A stretch of 64,000 bases of DNA from an uncultured Faecalibacterium sp. (lineage in GTDB: Bacteria; Bacillota; Clostridia; Oscillospirales; Ruminococcaceae), in assembly GCA_964466825.1 (NCBI GenBank), contig CAYXQN010000001.1, forward strand, positions 112 to 64,111. The letters are read 5' to 3'. The translations under genes were made by a program, and so were the position numbers. Below are positions 9,477-19,197 of this stretch, in pieces; positions within the stretch are counted from its first letter, which is position 1; each line of letters starts with the position of its first letter. The notes under the pieces are model-generated. The model worked only from the letters and a program-made list of their open reading frames with translations. It searched no databases and was not told the DNA's origin.

Positions 9477-9562
9477 GAGGCTGTGTCCTCCCTGTAAAAT
9501 CATTTTTCTTCAGTATACCACAAACAGCCCTCTGCGGAAAAGTATGATTTTTTGTGCAAAAA

Positions 9563-11242
9563 TCATTCTGCGTTTCCGGCCGGGTCCACAGGCTGTGCGG
9601 TACGGGCACGGATGATGCTCAGCACCACCAGTTCCAGCACAATGGCCGCTGCCAGGAACACCAGCGAGGTAAGCACGTTGGCTCTTGCGCCCAGCAGCAT
9701 CTGTGCCAGACCGGTCACCACATAGCATACCGCCGAGCACACCGCCACCGTAGCTGCGTAGGGCAGCTGAGTGGACACATGGTTCACATGGCTGCAATGC
9801 GCACCGGCCGATGCCATGATGGTCGTGTCCGAAATGGGCGAGCAATGGTCGCCACACACTGCACCGGACAAGCAGGCCGCAATGGAGATCACCAGCATTT
9901 CACCCTCCGGGAAGGCGTGGCATACGATGGGGATCAGAATGGAGAAGGTACCCCAGGAGGTACCGGTAGCAAATGCCAGGAACACTGCCACCAGGAAGAT
10001 GATAAAGGGCAGCAGATACTGCAGCGCCGCTGCACTGCCATTGAGCAGGTTTGCCACATAGTATTTTGCACCCAGCAAGCCGGTCATACCGGAAAGAGTC
10101 CATGCCAGGGTCAGGATCAGCATGGGGCTGACCATAGCCTTAAAGCCCTCCGGGATGCAGTCCGCAAATTCCTGGAAGGTCATGACCTCGCGCACCTGAT
10201 AGAACACAAAGGTGAACATCAATGCCATGCTGCTGCCCATCACAAGGCCCACCGAAGCATTGCAGTCCGCAAAAGCAGAGATGAAGTCGTTGCCCTCAAA
10301 AAAGCCGCCGGTATAGACCATACCAAAGATACACCCTGCGATCAGCACCAGCACCGGGGCCACCAGATCGATCACATGGCCTTTGCCCTCTGCGGTATCC
10401 TCCAGATCATCGCCATAGGGACGGTCCTCCGTGGTGAACAGATCACCCTTGACAGCGTTCTGCTCATGGAGCTTCATGGGGCCAAACTCCATCCCTGTAA
10501 AGATAAGAAACAGGCTCATGACCATGGTCAGGATCGCATAGTAGTTATAGGGGATGGTGCGCAGGAACATGGAAAAACCATTGATGCCAGAACTTTCCGG
10601 CACCGAGGAAGTAACCGCTGCTGCCCAGCTGGACACCGGCGCAATGATGCAGATGGGGGCGGCCGTAGAGTCGATCAGATAGGCCAGCTTTGCGCGCGAG
10701 ACGTTCTGACGATCGGTGACCGGGCGCATGACCGAACCAACAGTCAGGCAGTTGAAGTAGTCGTCCACAAAAATCATCACGCCCAGCAGCAGGGTCGCAA
10801 ACTGTGCCCCCGCACGGGTGTGGATATGGGTGGAGGCCCAGCGGCCAAAGGCCGCACTGCCGCCCGCCTTGTTCATCAGCGCCACCAGGATCCCCAGCAT
10901 GACCAGGAACACCAGGATGCCCACATTACTGGGGTCGGACAGTTTTGCGATCATACCGCCTTCTTCGTGGAAGAACAGCGTGTTGATCGTCAATTCCAGA
11001 TTGCCGTTTGCATACAGCAATGCACCAGATGCAATGCCCACCAGCAGCGAGGTATAGACCTCTTTGGTGTTAAGTGCCAGCACGATGGCAATGACCGGCG
11101 GCAGCAGCGAGAACGGCGTACTGTAAACGATACAGGTATAGGTAGACGGGTCGGCGATCTTGCCGGGAGTCGCCGCGCTGCACCACAGCAGCAGGGCAAA
11201 CACAAAGAGCGCGCCTGCCCAGGAGAGATTTTTGCTTTTCAT
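9563..11242 (-). CDS. NhaC-family Na+/H+ antiporter-like transporter
   Basis: IFVDDYFNCL, IDSTAAP, TGTSWGT and GDHCSPISDTT motifs. Confidence 0.9.
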   Translation of the reverse strand: MKSKNLSWAGALFVFALLLWCSAATPGKIADPSTYTCIVYSTPFSLLPPVIAIVLALNTKEVYTSLLVGIASGALLYANGNLELTINTLFFHEEGGMIAKLSDPSNVGILVFLVMLGILVALMNKAGGSAAFGRWASTHIHTRAGAQFATLLLGVMIFVDDYFNCLTVGSVMRPVTDRQNVSRAKLAYLIDSTAAPICIIAPVSSWAAAVTSSVPESSGINGFSMFLRTIPYNYYAILTMVMSLFLIFTGMEFGPMKLHEQNAVKGDLFTTEDRPYGDDLEDTAEGKGHVIDLVAPVLVLIAGCIFGMVYTGGFFEGNDFISAFADCNASVGLVMGSSMALMFTFVFYQVREVMTFQEFADCIPEGFKAMVSPMLILTLAWTLSGMTGLLGAKYYVANLLNGSAAALQYLLPFIIFLVAVFLAFATGTSWGTFSILIPIVCHAFPEGEMLVISIAACLSGAVCGDHCSPISDTTIMASAGAHCSHVNHVSTQLPYAATVAVCSAVCYVVTGLAQMLLGARANVLTSLVFLAAAIVLELVVLSIIRARTAQPVDPAGNAE

Positions 11243-11331
11243 TGAATTCCTCTGATTTCTTTTGGATTTGAGTTCTATATGGACCGGCCGGTGGACACAC
11301 TAGCCCTATGGGCTGAAAGGAGGTGTATCCC

Positions 11332-11487
11332 GTGCCGGACTATAAAGCCATGTATTTCGAGTTGTTCCGTGCCAGTGTAAAGGCATCCGAACTGCTCCAG
11401 CAGGCCCAGCTGCGTGCGGAACAGCGCTATATTACCGACGAACCGCCGCTGCAGCTGGACAAAACAGAAATTGAGCCGGAAATATAG
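11332..11487 (+). CDS. Small 51-aa hypothetical protein (not in the ORF track)
   Basis: Perfect RBS AAAGGAGGTG, GTG start, MPDYKAMYFELFRASVKASELLQQAQLRAEQRYITDEPPLQLDKTEIEPEI*. Confidence 0.7.
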   Translation: MPDYKAMYFELFRASVKASELLQQAQLRAEQRYITDEPPLQLDKTEIEPEI

Positions 11488-11560
11488 ATCGACTCAGCCC
11501 GTCTTTCTCCTGCCAGGTGCTCAGAATGGCCCTGACAAGCATAACCGGGCGATGCATTTT

Positions 11561-11950
11561 TTATTTCCGCTTGCTCTCTGCTTTTGCAGCAAACTTTTCG
11601 TTATGGATCACAAAGCGCTCGTGGGTGCCGTGGCCAACAGCACCAACTTCGTCGTGCAGCTCCACACGGAAGATCAGCTTGCGGCCTTCCACTGCCACCA
11701 GCTCACTCTCGCAGGTAACAGTCATACCCACAGGGGTGGGGGCTGTGTGCTCCAGCTCCAGCTTTGTTCCCACCGAACCATAGCCTTCGTCCAGAGCTGC
11801 CGCCACACTCTGCCAGCAGGTCTTTTCAGCCAGTGCGACCAGTGCAGGGGTAGCAAACACTTCCAGCGTACCGCTGCCCATGGTTTTGGCCGTGTTTTCA
11901 GCAGTGACCAACTGGCTGCCAACACCGCGGATCCCAGATTCCAACATCAT
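11561..11950 (-). CDS. Hot-dog-fold thioesterase (FlK/fluoroacetyl-CoA thioesterase-like)
   Basis: VFATP..L.E, SVGT....HTAPTPVG and GHGTHER motifs; RBS AGGAGG. Confidence 0.88.
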   Translation of the reverse strand: MMLESGIRGVGSQLVTAENTAKTMGSGTLEVFATPALVALAEKTCWQSVAAALDEGYGSVGTKLELEHTAPTPVGMTVTCESELVAVEGRKLIFRVELHDEVGAVGHGTHERFVIHNEKFAAKAESKRK

Positions 11951-12340
11951 ATCGTATCCTCCTAAATGCGCATCTCCTGCGCCCAAAATTGCACAACGCT
12001 TTATAGAATACCATATTCTCGACGCAAATGCACCTGTTTTTTGCGAATCTGAGTGAAAATTTTCTCATTTTTGCTTCTCTCTGCTCCGCAGATCTTCCCT
12101 GAATTTTGCAAAGTCCTTGTGCAGACCTGTCATTGCTGCACCGTCACAGCCCCACCGTATTGCAGTCCAGCCGCTCCAATCCCCGAAAAAGGGCACTTTT
12201 CCCCTTTTTCGGGGATTTTTTTACCCAAACCGAAGCCACTCAGATACGCACCCTTATTGCAAATTAAAAATGCAATTTTCTTGCGTTTTATCGCAAAAAC
12301 AAAACGATTTATTTCTTTTCAAAAACTTGTGTCAAATCCC

Positions 12341-12396
12341 TTGACAGCAGCTGCAGGTCATGGTATCATGAACACATGAACAGTTGTTCATATATT
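12341..12396 (+). promoter_or_regulatory. Sigma-A promoter (TTGACA-17-TATCAT) plus SmtB/CzrA-type 12-2-12 operator AACACATGAACAGTTGTTCATATATT (12371-12396)
   Basis: ATGAAC-AGTT-GTTCAT core inverted repeat just downstream of the -10, in front of an ArsR/SmtB gene. Confidence 0.85.
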
Positions 12397-12416
12397 AAAG
12401 TAAAGGAGCTGAGCCA

Positions 12417-12746
12417 ATGGCTACTGCACAAGATCCCAACCGCTCCTCTGCCCCAGAAGAAATGCCGGACGATGAGGTATTGTATGAGCTGGCAGACCTG
12501 TTCCGGGTATTTGGAGACTCTACCCGCATCAAGATCCTGTATGCATTGCACGACAGCGAACTGTGTGTGCAGGACATTGCAAACGCTGTGCAGCTGAGCC
12601 AGTCTGCCGTGAGCCATCAGCTGCGTGTCCTCAAGGATTCCAAGCTGGTGCGGTTCCGCCGGGAAGGCAAGACCGTATTTTATGCACTGGACGACGACCA
12701 TGTGCGCAGCATCCTGTCCATGGGCATGGACCATATCGAGGAATAA
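12417..12746 (+). CDS. ArsR/SmtB-family metal-sensing repressor with an alpha5 site
   Basis: FRVFGDSTRIKIL, ELCVQDIA and SQSAVSHQLR motifs; alpha5 ligands DDH...HIEE. Confidence 0.93.
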   Translation: MATAQDPNRSSAPEEMPDDEVLYELADLFRVFGDSTRIKILYALHDSELCVQDIANAVQLSQSAVSHQLRVLKDSKLVRFRREGKTVFYALDDDHVRSILSMGMDHIEE

Positions 12747-12775
12747 TTTTTTTAATAGAAAGGCTGGTATCTCTT

Positions 12776-12997
12776 ATGAAAAAGACCTACAAGATCGAAG
12801 TGGACTGCGCAAACTGCGCCGCAAAGATGGAGCACGCTGCCAACACCGTTCCCGGTGTGGCCAAGGCGACTGTCAGCTTTATGACTCAGAAGATGAGCGT
12901 GGAGTTTGCTGAAGGGGCCGATCCTCACGCCACCATGGAAAATGTCCTCACCGCTTGCAAGAAGGTGGAGGACGACTGCGAGATCTTTGGCATCTGA
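12776..12997 (+). CDS. Small heavy-metal-associated (HMA) domain protein
   Basis: MKKTYKIEVDCANCAAKME (CxxC); RBS GAAAGG. Confidence 0.88.
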   Translation: MKKTYKIEVDCANCAAKMEHAANTVPGVAKATVSFMTQKMSVEFAEGADPHATMENVLTACKKVEDDCEIFGI

Positions 12998-13032
12998 GCC
13001 TCTCCTGCTTTTTTTCTGCGCAGCTGACATCT

Positions 13033-13061
13033 CCCTCTCTGTAATTCGCAGAGAGGGTTTT
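13033..13061 (+). terminator. Hairpin/terminator after the HMA gene
   Basis: CCCTCTCTG-TAATTCG-CAGAGAGGG-TTTT. Confidence 0.6.
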
Positions 13062-13062
13062 C

Positions 13063-13229
13063 TGTGGAAAAGTAAACGAGTTTTCCACAGTTTCCACCAG
13101 GTTTTCAACATCATTTGCGCAAAACCTTAAAATTCTGCGTGAAAAAGCGGTTTTTCATCTGGAAAACCCTGTGGAAAAGACGGTTAAAACTGTGGAATTT
13201 CCATTTTGAACCGAAAAACCTGTTGAAAC
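13063..13229. promoter_or_regulatory. Cluster of DnaA-box-like 9-mers
   Basis: TTTTCCACA (fits TTWTNCACA) at 13063-71(-), 13081-89(+) and 13170-78(-); near matches at 13090(+), 13102(+), 13158(-), 13191(-) and 13221(-). Confidence 0.65.
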
Positions 13230-13266
13230 CTTTCGTTCTGCCCGACAAATCAAAGGAGAAACTCCC

Positions 13267-15162
13267 ATGAACAAAAAACAAAAAAAGACCTTGCGGCAGA
13301 TCCTGATCTCTCTGGTGCTGTTGGTCATTCTTCAGCTTGCATTAGCGCTGCTTCCGCCGCTGCCTGCCCTTGCGGAGCTTGCACTCTATCTCATCCCTTA
13401 CCTTGTCGTCGGCAAGGATATCCTGCGCAAGGCGGCAAAGGGCATCAAAAACCGTCAGCCTTTTGATGAGTGTTTTCTGATGGCAGTTGCTACCGTGGGT
13501 GCTTTTCTTCTGGGCGAGTATCTGGAGGGCTGTGCCGTTATCCTGTTCTATCAGATAGGAGAGCTGTTCCAGAGCGTGGCAGTCGGAAAAAGCCGCCAGT
13601 CCATCAGCGCTTTAATGGACATCCGCCCGGACTATGCCAACATCGAAAGCTGCGACGGTCAACTGGAACAGGTAGATCCGGATGAAGTAGAAGTGGGCAG
13701 TATCATCGTGGTACAGCCCGGTGAACGTGTACCCATCGACGGTGTGGTGGTAGAAGGCACCTCTGCACTGAACACCGCCGCCCTGACCGGCGAAAGCCTG
13801 CCCCGGGATGTTGTTGCTGGCGACGAGATCATCAGCGGCTGCGTCAACATGACCGGCCTGCTTCGGATCCGGACCACCAGGGAATTTGGCGAATCCACCG
13901 TTTCCAAGATCCTGGATCTGGTGGAGAATTCCAGCATGAAAAAGGCCCGCACCGAAAACTTTATCACCCGCTTTGCACGGGTCTACACCCCCGCCGTATG
14001 CTACGGCGCATTGGCTCTGGCGATCCTTCCGCCACTGGTCCTGCTGCTGATGGGTCAGCCCGCCCGCCTTGGAGACTGGATCTACCGTGCACTCACCTTC
14101 CTGGTCATTTCCTGCCCTTGCGCACTGGTCATTTCGATCCCGCTGAGCTTCTTTGGCGGAATCGGCGGCGCAAGTGCCTGCGGTATTCTGGTCAAAGGCT
14201 CCACCTATCTGGAGGAGCTTGCCCGCACCGGTATCGTAGTCTTTGACAAGACCGGCACCCTGACCCAGGGCCGCTTTGCTGTGACCCAGCTCTGCCCTGC
14301 TCCGGGCGTGGCCGAAGACGTTTTGTTGGAGACCACCGCACTGGCAGAAAGCTGGTCCAAACACCCCATTTCCCTCAGCATCAAAACAGCTTGCAGTAAG
14401 GAGCTTGATACGTCCCGGGTCACCGACGTTGAGGAACTCGGCGGCCACGGCATCACTGCACAGGTGGACGGCCGGCAGGTGGCTTGCGGCAATGCCCGCC
14501 TGATGGAAAAGCTAGGGCTCACCGTTCCAGCTGCAGAGGCCATCGGCACAGTGATCCATGTTGCCATCGACGGCAGCTATGCCGGTTATCTGCTTATCTC
14601 AGATGTTGTAAAAGCCGGCAGTGCCGACGCCATTCGTGCACTGAAAGCTTCCGGTGTCCGCAAGACCGTCATGCTCACTGGCGATGCCGAGCCTGTAGCA
14701 AAAGCGGTAGCTGCCCAGCTTAGGCTTGACGAGTTCCACGCCGGATTGCTGCCCGGTGACAAGGTGGACAAGATCGAGACCCTTCTGGCTGAAAAAAAGT
14801 CCAAAGAGAATCTTGTCTTTGTGGGAGACGGCATCAATGACGCACCCGTGCTGAGCCGTGCCGACATCGGCATCGCTATGGGCGCCCTTGGCTCGGACGC
14901 TGCGATCGAAGCAGCCGACATTGTCCTGATGGACGACGACCCGGCCAAAATCGCACTGGCCATGCGCATTGCCCGCCGGACATTGCGCATCGTGTATCAG
15001 AACATCGTGTTTGCCCTTGGCATCAAGGCTGCCTGCCTCGTGCTGGGCGCACTGGGTCTGGCCAGTATGTGGACCGCCATCTTTGCCGATGTGGGCGTGA
15101 TGGTCCTGGCCGTGCTCAACGCCACCCGTGCACTGTACACCAAAGACCTCATCAAGAAATAA
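13267..15162 (+). CDS. cadA: Heavy-metal-translocating P1B-type ATPase (Zn/Cd/Pb, CadA/ZntA-like)
   Basis: TGES, SCPC, DKTGTLT, HP, GDGINDAP and FADVG motifs. Confidence 0.93.
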   Translation: MNKKQKKTLRQILISLVLLVILQLALALLPPLPALAELALYLIPYLVVGKDILRKAAKGIKNRQPFDECFLMAVATVGAFLLGEYLEGCAVILFYQIGELFQSVAVGKSRQSISALMDIRPDYANIESCDGQLEQVDPDEVEVGSIIVVQPGERVPIDGVVVEGTSALNTAALTGESLPRDVVAGDEIISGCVNMTGLLRIRTTREFGESTVSKILDLVENSSMKKARTENFITRFARVYTPAVCYGALALAILPPLVLLLMGQPARLGDWIYRALTFLVISCPCALVISIPLSFFGGIGGASACGILVKGSTYLEELARTGIVVFDKTGTLTQGRFAVTQLCPAPGVAEDVLLETTALAESWSKHPISLSIKTACSKELDTSRVTDVEELGGHGITAQVDGRQVACGNARLMEKLGLTVPAAEAIGTVIHVAIDGSYAGYLLISDVVKAGSADAIRALKASGVRKTVMLTGDAEPVAKAVAAQLRLDEFHAGLLPGDKVDKIETLLAEKKSKENLVFVGDGINDAPVLSRADIGIAMGALGSDAAIEAADIVLMDDDPAKIALAMRIARRTLRIVYQNIVFALGIKAACLVLGALGLASMWTAIFADVGVMVLAVLNATRALYTKDLIKK

Positions 15163-15216
15163 AAAACAGGTGCTCCCCTCCCCGTATCAACCGGGCAGAT
15201 GGAGCACCTGTTTTTT
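15161..15216. terminator. Bidirectional terminator
   Basis: AAAAAACAGGTGCTCC...GGAGCACCTGTTTTTT between convergent genes. Confidence 0.75.
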
Positions 15217-15218
15217 GT

Positions 15219-15668
15219 TTATCGATTTTTGAGCCGTGCATGGAGCTTGCGGTTCAGATCCACAAGACACCAGGCCACAGCCATGCCGCCGGATATACCC
15301 AGTGCCACCAAAAAGGTGTCTCGGCCGTACTGTTGTGCCAGGGCCAGGTCGTTGTGTACGACTGCATTCATGCAATAATACAGCCCGCGGCCCGGGATCA
15401 GCGGGATGGCCGAAATGATAAAAAACGGCGTAGAGGGCGCATTGTAGGTGCGGGCCAAAATCTCCGCATAAATGGCTGCTGCGCAGCCTGCCAGCAGATT
15501 TGGCATCAGCACCGTGCCCAGCCAATAGTAAGTTACCAGATAAACGAACCAGCCCAGCACGCCGCCCAGCGCTGCCGCCGGCAGATAGCGCCGATTCAGA
15601 TTGAACATGATACCAAACCCAATGGAGCCAAGGCCGCCCATGATCAGCTGCACGATCGCCTGTGTCAT
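15219..15668 (-). CDS. Threonine/serine exporter family, small subunit (ThrE_2/YjjB-like)
   Basis: Hydrophobic; IPLIPGRGLY motif; overlaps the partner gene. Confidence 0.85.
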   Translation of the reverse strand: MTQAIVQLIMGGLGSIGFGIMFNLNRRYLPAAALGGVLGWFVYLVTYYWLGTVLMPNLLAGCAAAIYAEILARTYNAPSTPFFIISAIPLIPGRGLYYCMNAVVHNDLALAQQYGRDTFLVALGISGGMAVAWCLVDLNRKLHARLKNR

Positions 15669-16441
15669 AAGATCCCTCCCACCAGCCAGATGGCTGCCAT
15701 AATGCCCAACGCCAGCGCTGCCGCCAGCAACAGCGCTTCGGTCAGCCGCAGCAAGCCGGAAATAATATCTCCCAGCAGGATATCCCGAATCGAGTTGGTC
15801 AGCATAATGCCGGGGATCAGCAGCATGATATCCCCGATCATGACCCGGTCTGCATTGAACAGCGGCAGCACCGAGCAGAGCAAAAACACCACCGCTCCAC
15901 TGGTAAAGGACGCCACAAACTGGAACTCCAGCTCGTTAAGGCAAAAAGGTGCTATCTTTTCCTGCATCAGCCAGATCAGCACCGCTACTGCCGCTGCCAA
16001 TCCACCATCCCATACCGTGCCGCCAAAAAACACCGCAAAGCTGGCGGCCGCCAGAACCCCGCCAAACAGCCTTTGCCGCGGGTCAAAAGACTGTTCCAGG
16101 ATCTCGTCCAGCTGGCGGTTGATCTTTTCCACCGAAGGAGTGGTAACGCAGATCTGCCGGCTGAACGCATTGAGCCGCTCCAGCATCAACAGATCGTTGC
16201 CAGAGTTTTTGACCAGACGGCAGGTCTGGGTCTGCGGCTCCTGATCCGGCATTTTTATAGTAAGAACGATGCTGGAGGTAATTACGAACACGTTTACATC
16301 CTCTGCCCCATAGGCGTAGCCAATACGGTTCAGCGTATCCTCCACACGGTATACCTCTGCGCCGCAGTTTTGCAGTGCTTCGCCCATACGGATCATCACA
16401 CCCAAAAACCGGCTGGTCTCCCTTTCCTGCATGATCTGCAT
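15665..16441 (-). CDS. Threonine/serine exporter family, large subunit (ThrE/YjjP-like)
   Basis: GAEVYRVEDT and LIPGIMLTNSIRD motifs. Confidence 0.88.
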   Translation of the reverse strand: MQIMQERETSRFLGVMIRMGEALQNCGAEVYRVEDTLNRIGYAYGAEDVNVFVITSSIVLTIKMPDQEPQTQTCRLVKNSGNDLLMLERLNAFSRQICVTTPSVEKINRQLDEILEQSFDPRQRLFGGVLAAASFAVFFGGTVWDGGLAAAVAVLIWLMQEKIAPFCLNELEFQFVASFTSGAVVFLLCSVLPLFNADRVMIGDIMLLIPGIMLTNSIRDILLGDIISGLLRLTEALLLAAALALGIMAAIWLVGGIL

Positions 16442-16620
16442 CCATTTCCCTCCTTGCGTATCCCTTATGGGTTAATCATAGCACAGTTCCTGCCAAAGGA
16501 AAAGAGCGTTTTTATTCCGAAAAATCATCTTGCAAAAGCAGGATTCCTGTTTATAATAGAGCTTGTGCCCCGGTGTGCGCGGGCCGGTTTTGTCTTGTTT
16601 GATTGAAGGAAATACGAACT

Positions 16621-18000
16621 ATGGATTCAACTGCAAAAACCATGACCGAAGGCCCTCTGGCCAAACAGATCCTTCTGGTCAGCATCCCTCTGGCCCTGTC
16701 CAATCTGCTGCAGGTGCTGTTCAATATGTCGGACGTTGCGGTCGTCGGACGCTTTGCCGGCTCCACAGCACTGGGCGCCGTAGGCTCCACCAGCACCCTT
16801 GTCACCCTGTTTACCGGCTTTCTCATTGGATTGAGCAACGGCATCAATGTGCTGGTGGCCCGTTTTTATGGCGCACAGCACAAAAACGATGTGCACAAAG
16901 CAGTACACTCCGCCATCCTCATCAGCCTGGCTGCGGGTGTGATCCTGCTGTTTGTGGGACTGTTTGGTTCGCCCCTGATGCTGCAGCTGCTGAACACCAA
17001 AGAGGATCTGCTGCCCGGCGCAGTGCTGTATCTGCGCATTTATTTTTTAGGCATGCCTGCCCTGGCGCTTTATAATTTTGGCAACGCTGTCTTCAGTGCG
17101 ATCGGTGAGACCAAAAAGCCCCTGCTCTATCTGTCCATCGCCGGCGTTCTGAACGTTCTGCTCAACCTGTTTTTTGTCGTTTTCTGCAATCTCAGCGTAG
17201 TGGGCGTCGCTCTGGCCAGTGCCATCTCCCAGTGCGTGTCTGCCGTTCTGATCCTGCGGGCTCTGATCCGGGTGCAGGACTGCTATGCACTGGACCTCAA
17301 ACAGGTCCAGCTGGACCCTGCCATGACCAAAAGCATCCTCAGTCTGGGCGTACCCGCCGGGCTGCAGAATGCCATCTTTGCCATTGCCAACCTGTTCATC
17401 CAGGCAGGTGTCAACTCCTTCGACTCCCTCATGGTCAAGGGCAACTCTGCTGCCGCCAACGCCGACGCTCTGATCTACGATTGTATGGCAGCCTTCTACA
17501 TGGCCTGTGCCAGCTTTATGAGCCAGAACTTTGGTGCCGGTAAGCTGGACCGGGTCAAAAAAAGCTTTTTCATCAGTCTGGCCTACTCCTTTGGCGTGGG
17601 GCTTGTGCTGGGCGGCGGACTGTTCTTTTTTGGCCGCACCTTCCTGGCCCTGTTCACCACTGAAGCCGCAGTTATCGAGGCCGGCATGAAGCGTATTGCC
17701 GTCATGGGCTTTGCTTACTGCATCTCCTGCCTGATGGATTGCACCATCGCCGCCTCCCGCGGGCTTGGCAAGACGGTCGTTCCCACCATCATCGTGGTGC
17801 TCGGCTCCTGCGTGTTCCGGGTGATCTGGGTATACACCATCTTTGCCCACTTCCACACCATCCCTGCTCTGTACCTGCTGTATCCCTGCTCCTGGCTGAT
17901 CACCGGCGTTGCCGAAGCCATCTACTTTGTCCACATCTACAAACAGGCCATCCGCCTGTATGACTCCGATCACCCTGCCGCTGCAAAGGTAACTGCATAA
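16621..18000 (+). CDS. MATE family efflux transporter
   Basis: P.ALSNLLQVLFNMSD..VVG and GETKKPL motifs, about 12 TM; promoter TTGCAA(16530)-16-TATAAT(16552). Confidence 0.92.
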   Translation: MDSTAKTMTEGPLAKQILLVSIPLALSNLLQVLFNMSDVAVVGRFAGSTALGAVGSTSTLVTLFTGFLIGLSNGINVLVARFYGAQHKNDVHKAVHSAILISLAAGVILLFVGLFGSPLMLQLLNTKEDLLPGAVLYLRIYFLGMPALALYNFGNAVFSAIGETKKPLLYLSIAGVLNVLLNLFFVVFCNLSVVGVALASAISQCVSAVLILRALIRVQDCYALDLKQVQLDPAMTKSILSLGVPAGLQNAIFAIANLFIQAGVNSFDSLMVKGNSAAANADALIYDCMAAFYMACASFMSQNFGAGKLDRVKKSFFISLAYSFGVGLVLGGGLFFFGRTFLALFTTEAAVIEAGMKRIAVMGFAYCISCLMDCTIAASRGLGKTVVPTIIVVLGSCVFRVIWVYTIFAHFHTIPALYLLYPCSWLITGVAEAIYFVHIYKQAIRLYDSDHPAAAKVTA

Positions 18001-18001
18001 C

Positions 18002-18046
18002 AAAGCCCCCTGCGCCAGAAGCTTTTCCGGGCGCAGGGGGCTTTTT
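18002..18046. terminator. Bidirectional terminator
   Basis: AAAGCCCCCTGCGCC...GGCGCAGGGGGCTTTTT. Confidence 0.8.
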
Positions 18047-18053
18047 GCGTTAT

Positions 18054-19082
18054 TTACACCTTGACCTCTCCGGCCAGAACCCGCTTATAATCTTCGTAGT
18101 TCTTTGCCAACAGCGCAGGCGTGTCCAGACCAAAGGGGCACTTTGCCTTGCACTGATTGCAATGCAGGCAATTTTCGATCTTTTTCATCTTGGCCTGTCC
18201 CTCCTCGTTGAGCTGGGCAGCCGAAGGCGACCGGCGCAGCAGCAGGCTCATGCGGGCACAGTTGTTGATCTCGATCCCCACCGGACAGGGCATACAATAC
18301 CCACAGCCGCGGCAGAAGTCTCCGCACAATTCCTCTCTGTCCTTTGCGATCACTGCACTCAGTTGTGCATCCATGTGCGGCGGGTTATCGATGTAGGACA
18401 AGAACTCATCCAGCTCCTTTTCCCGCTGCACACCCCAGATGGGCAGCACGTTCTCAAACTGTGCCTCAAAGGCATAGGCCGCCGCACTGTTTGTGATCAG
18501 GCCGCCGGACAGCGCCTTCATGGCAATAAAGCCTATCCCCTTCTCCTTGCAGGCATTGACCAGAGCAAGCTCCTGCTCGCCGGAGATGTAGCAGAAGGGG
18601 AACTGCAGCGTCTCGTACAGGCCACTGTCGATGGCCTCCTGCGCCACCGACAGGCGGTGGTTGGTGATGCCGATGTGGCGCACCATGCCCTTTGCCTTTG
18701 CTTCCAGCATTGCTTCATACAAGCCGGAGCCGTCACCGGGCCTGGGGCAGAAGGCGGGGTTGTGGAACTGGTAGATATCCACATAGTCGGTGCGCAGATT
18801 TGCAAGCGAGGTGTGCAGGTCCTTCCAGAAGACCTCCACATTGTCCGCCATGGTCTTAGTTGCAATGTAGACCTGCTCCCGGATGCCGTCAAAGGCTTCG
18901 CCCAGCTTCACTTCGCTGTCCGTATAAGCGCGTGCGGTATCAAAAAAGCGGATGCCCGCATGATATGCCTTGCGGGCCAGCGCCACTGCATCCTCCTGCG
19001 AGATGCGCTGGATCGGCAATGCTCCAAAGCCGTTTTTGTTCACCGTAATACCGGTGGTGCCCAATGTGACCATATCCATCAT
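18054..19082 (-). CDS. Aldo/keto reductase with a C-terminal 4Fe-4S dicluster domain
   Basis: FFDTARAY, IATK and IYQFH motifs; CRGCGYCMPC and CLHCNQCKAKCP. Confidence 0.9.
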   Translation of the reverse strand: MMDMVTLGTTGITVNKNGFGALPIQRISQEDAVALARKAYHAGIRFFDTARAYTDSEVKLGEAFDGIREQVYIATKTMADNVEVFWKDLHTSLANLRTDYVDIYQFHNPAFCPRPGDGSGLYEAMLEAKAKGMVRHIGITNHRLSVAQEAIDSGLYETLQFPFCYISGEQELALVNACKEKGIGFIAMKALSGGLITNSAAAYAFEAQFENVLPIWGVQREKELDEFLSYIDNPPHMDAQLSAVIAKDREELCGDFCRGCGYCMPCPVGIEINNCARMSLLLRRSPSAAQLNEEGQAKMKKIENCLHCNQCKAKCPFGLDTPALLAKNYEDYKRVLAGEVKV

Positions 19083-19197
19083 TTGTACCTCCATCCGGGG
19101 CGTACCCCTTTTACTCTCTTTGCTCCATTATAAAACGGATATCTGCCCGGTGCAAGATGCAAAACAGCCCGCCCGGAAAACCGGGCGGGCTCTCTGC

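Noticed and set aside
13063-13229. DnaA boxes as oriC
   Set aside because: There is no dnaA, dnaN, rpmH or gidA neighbourhood and no evident unwinding element. It is kept only as a non-origin box cluster.
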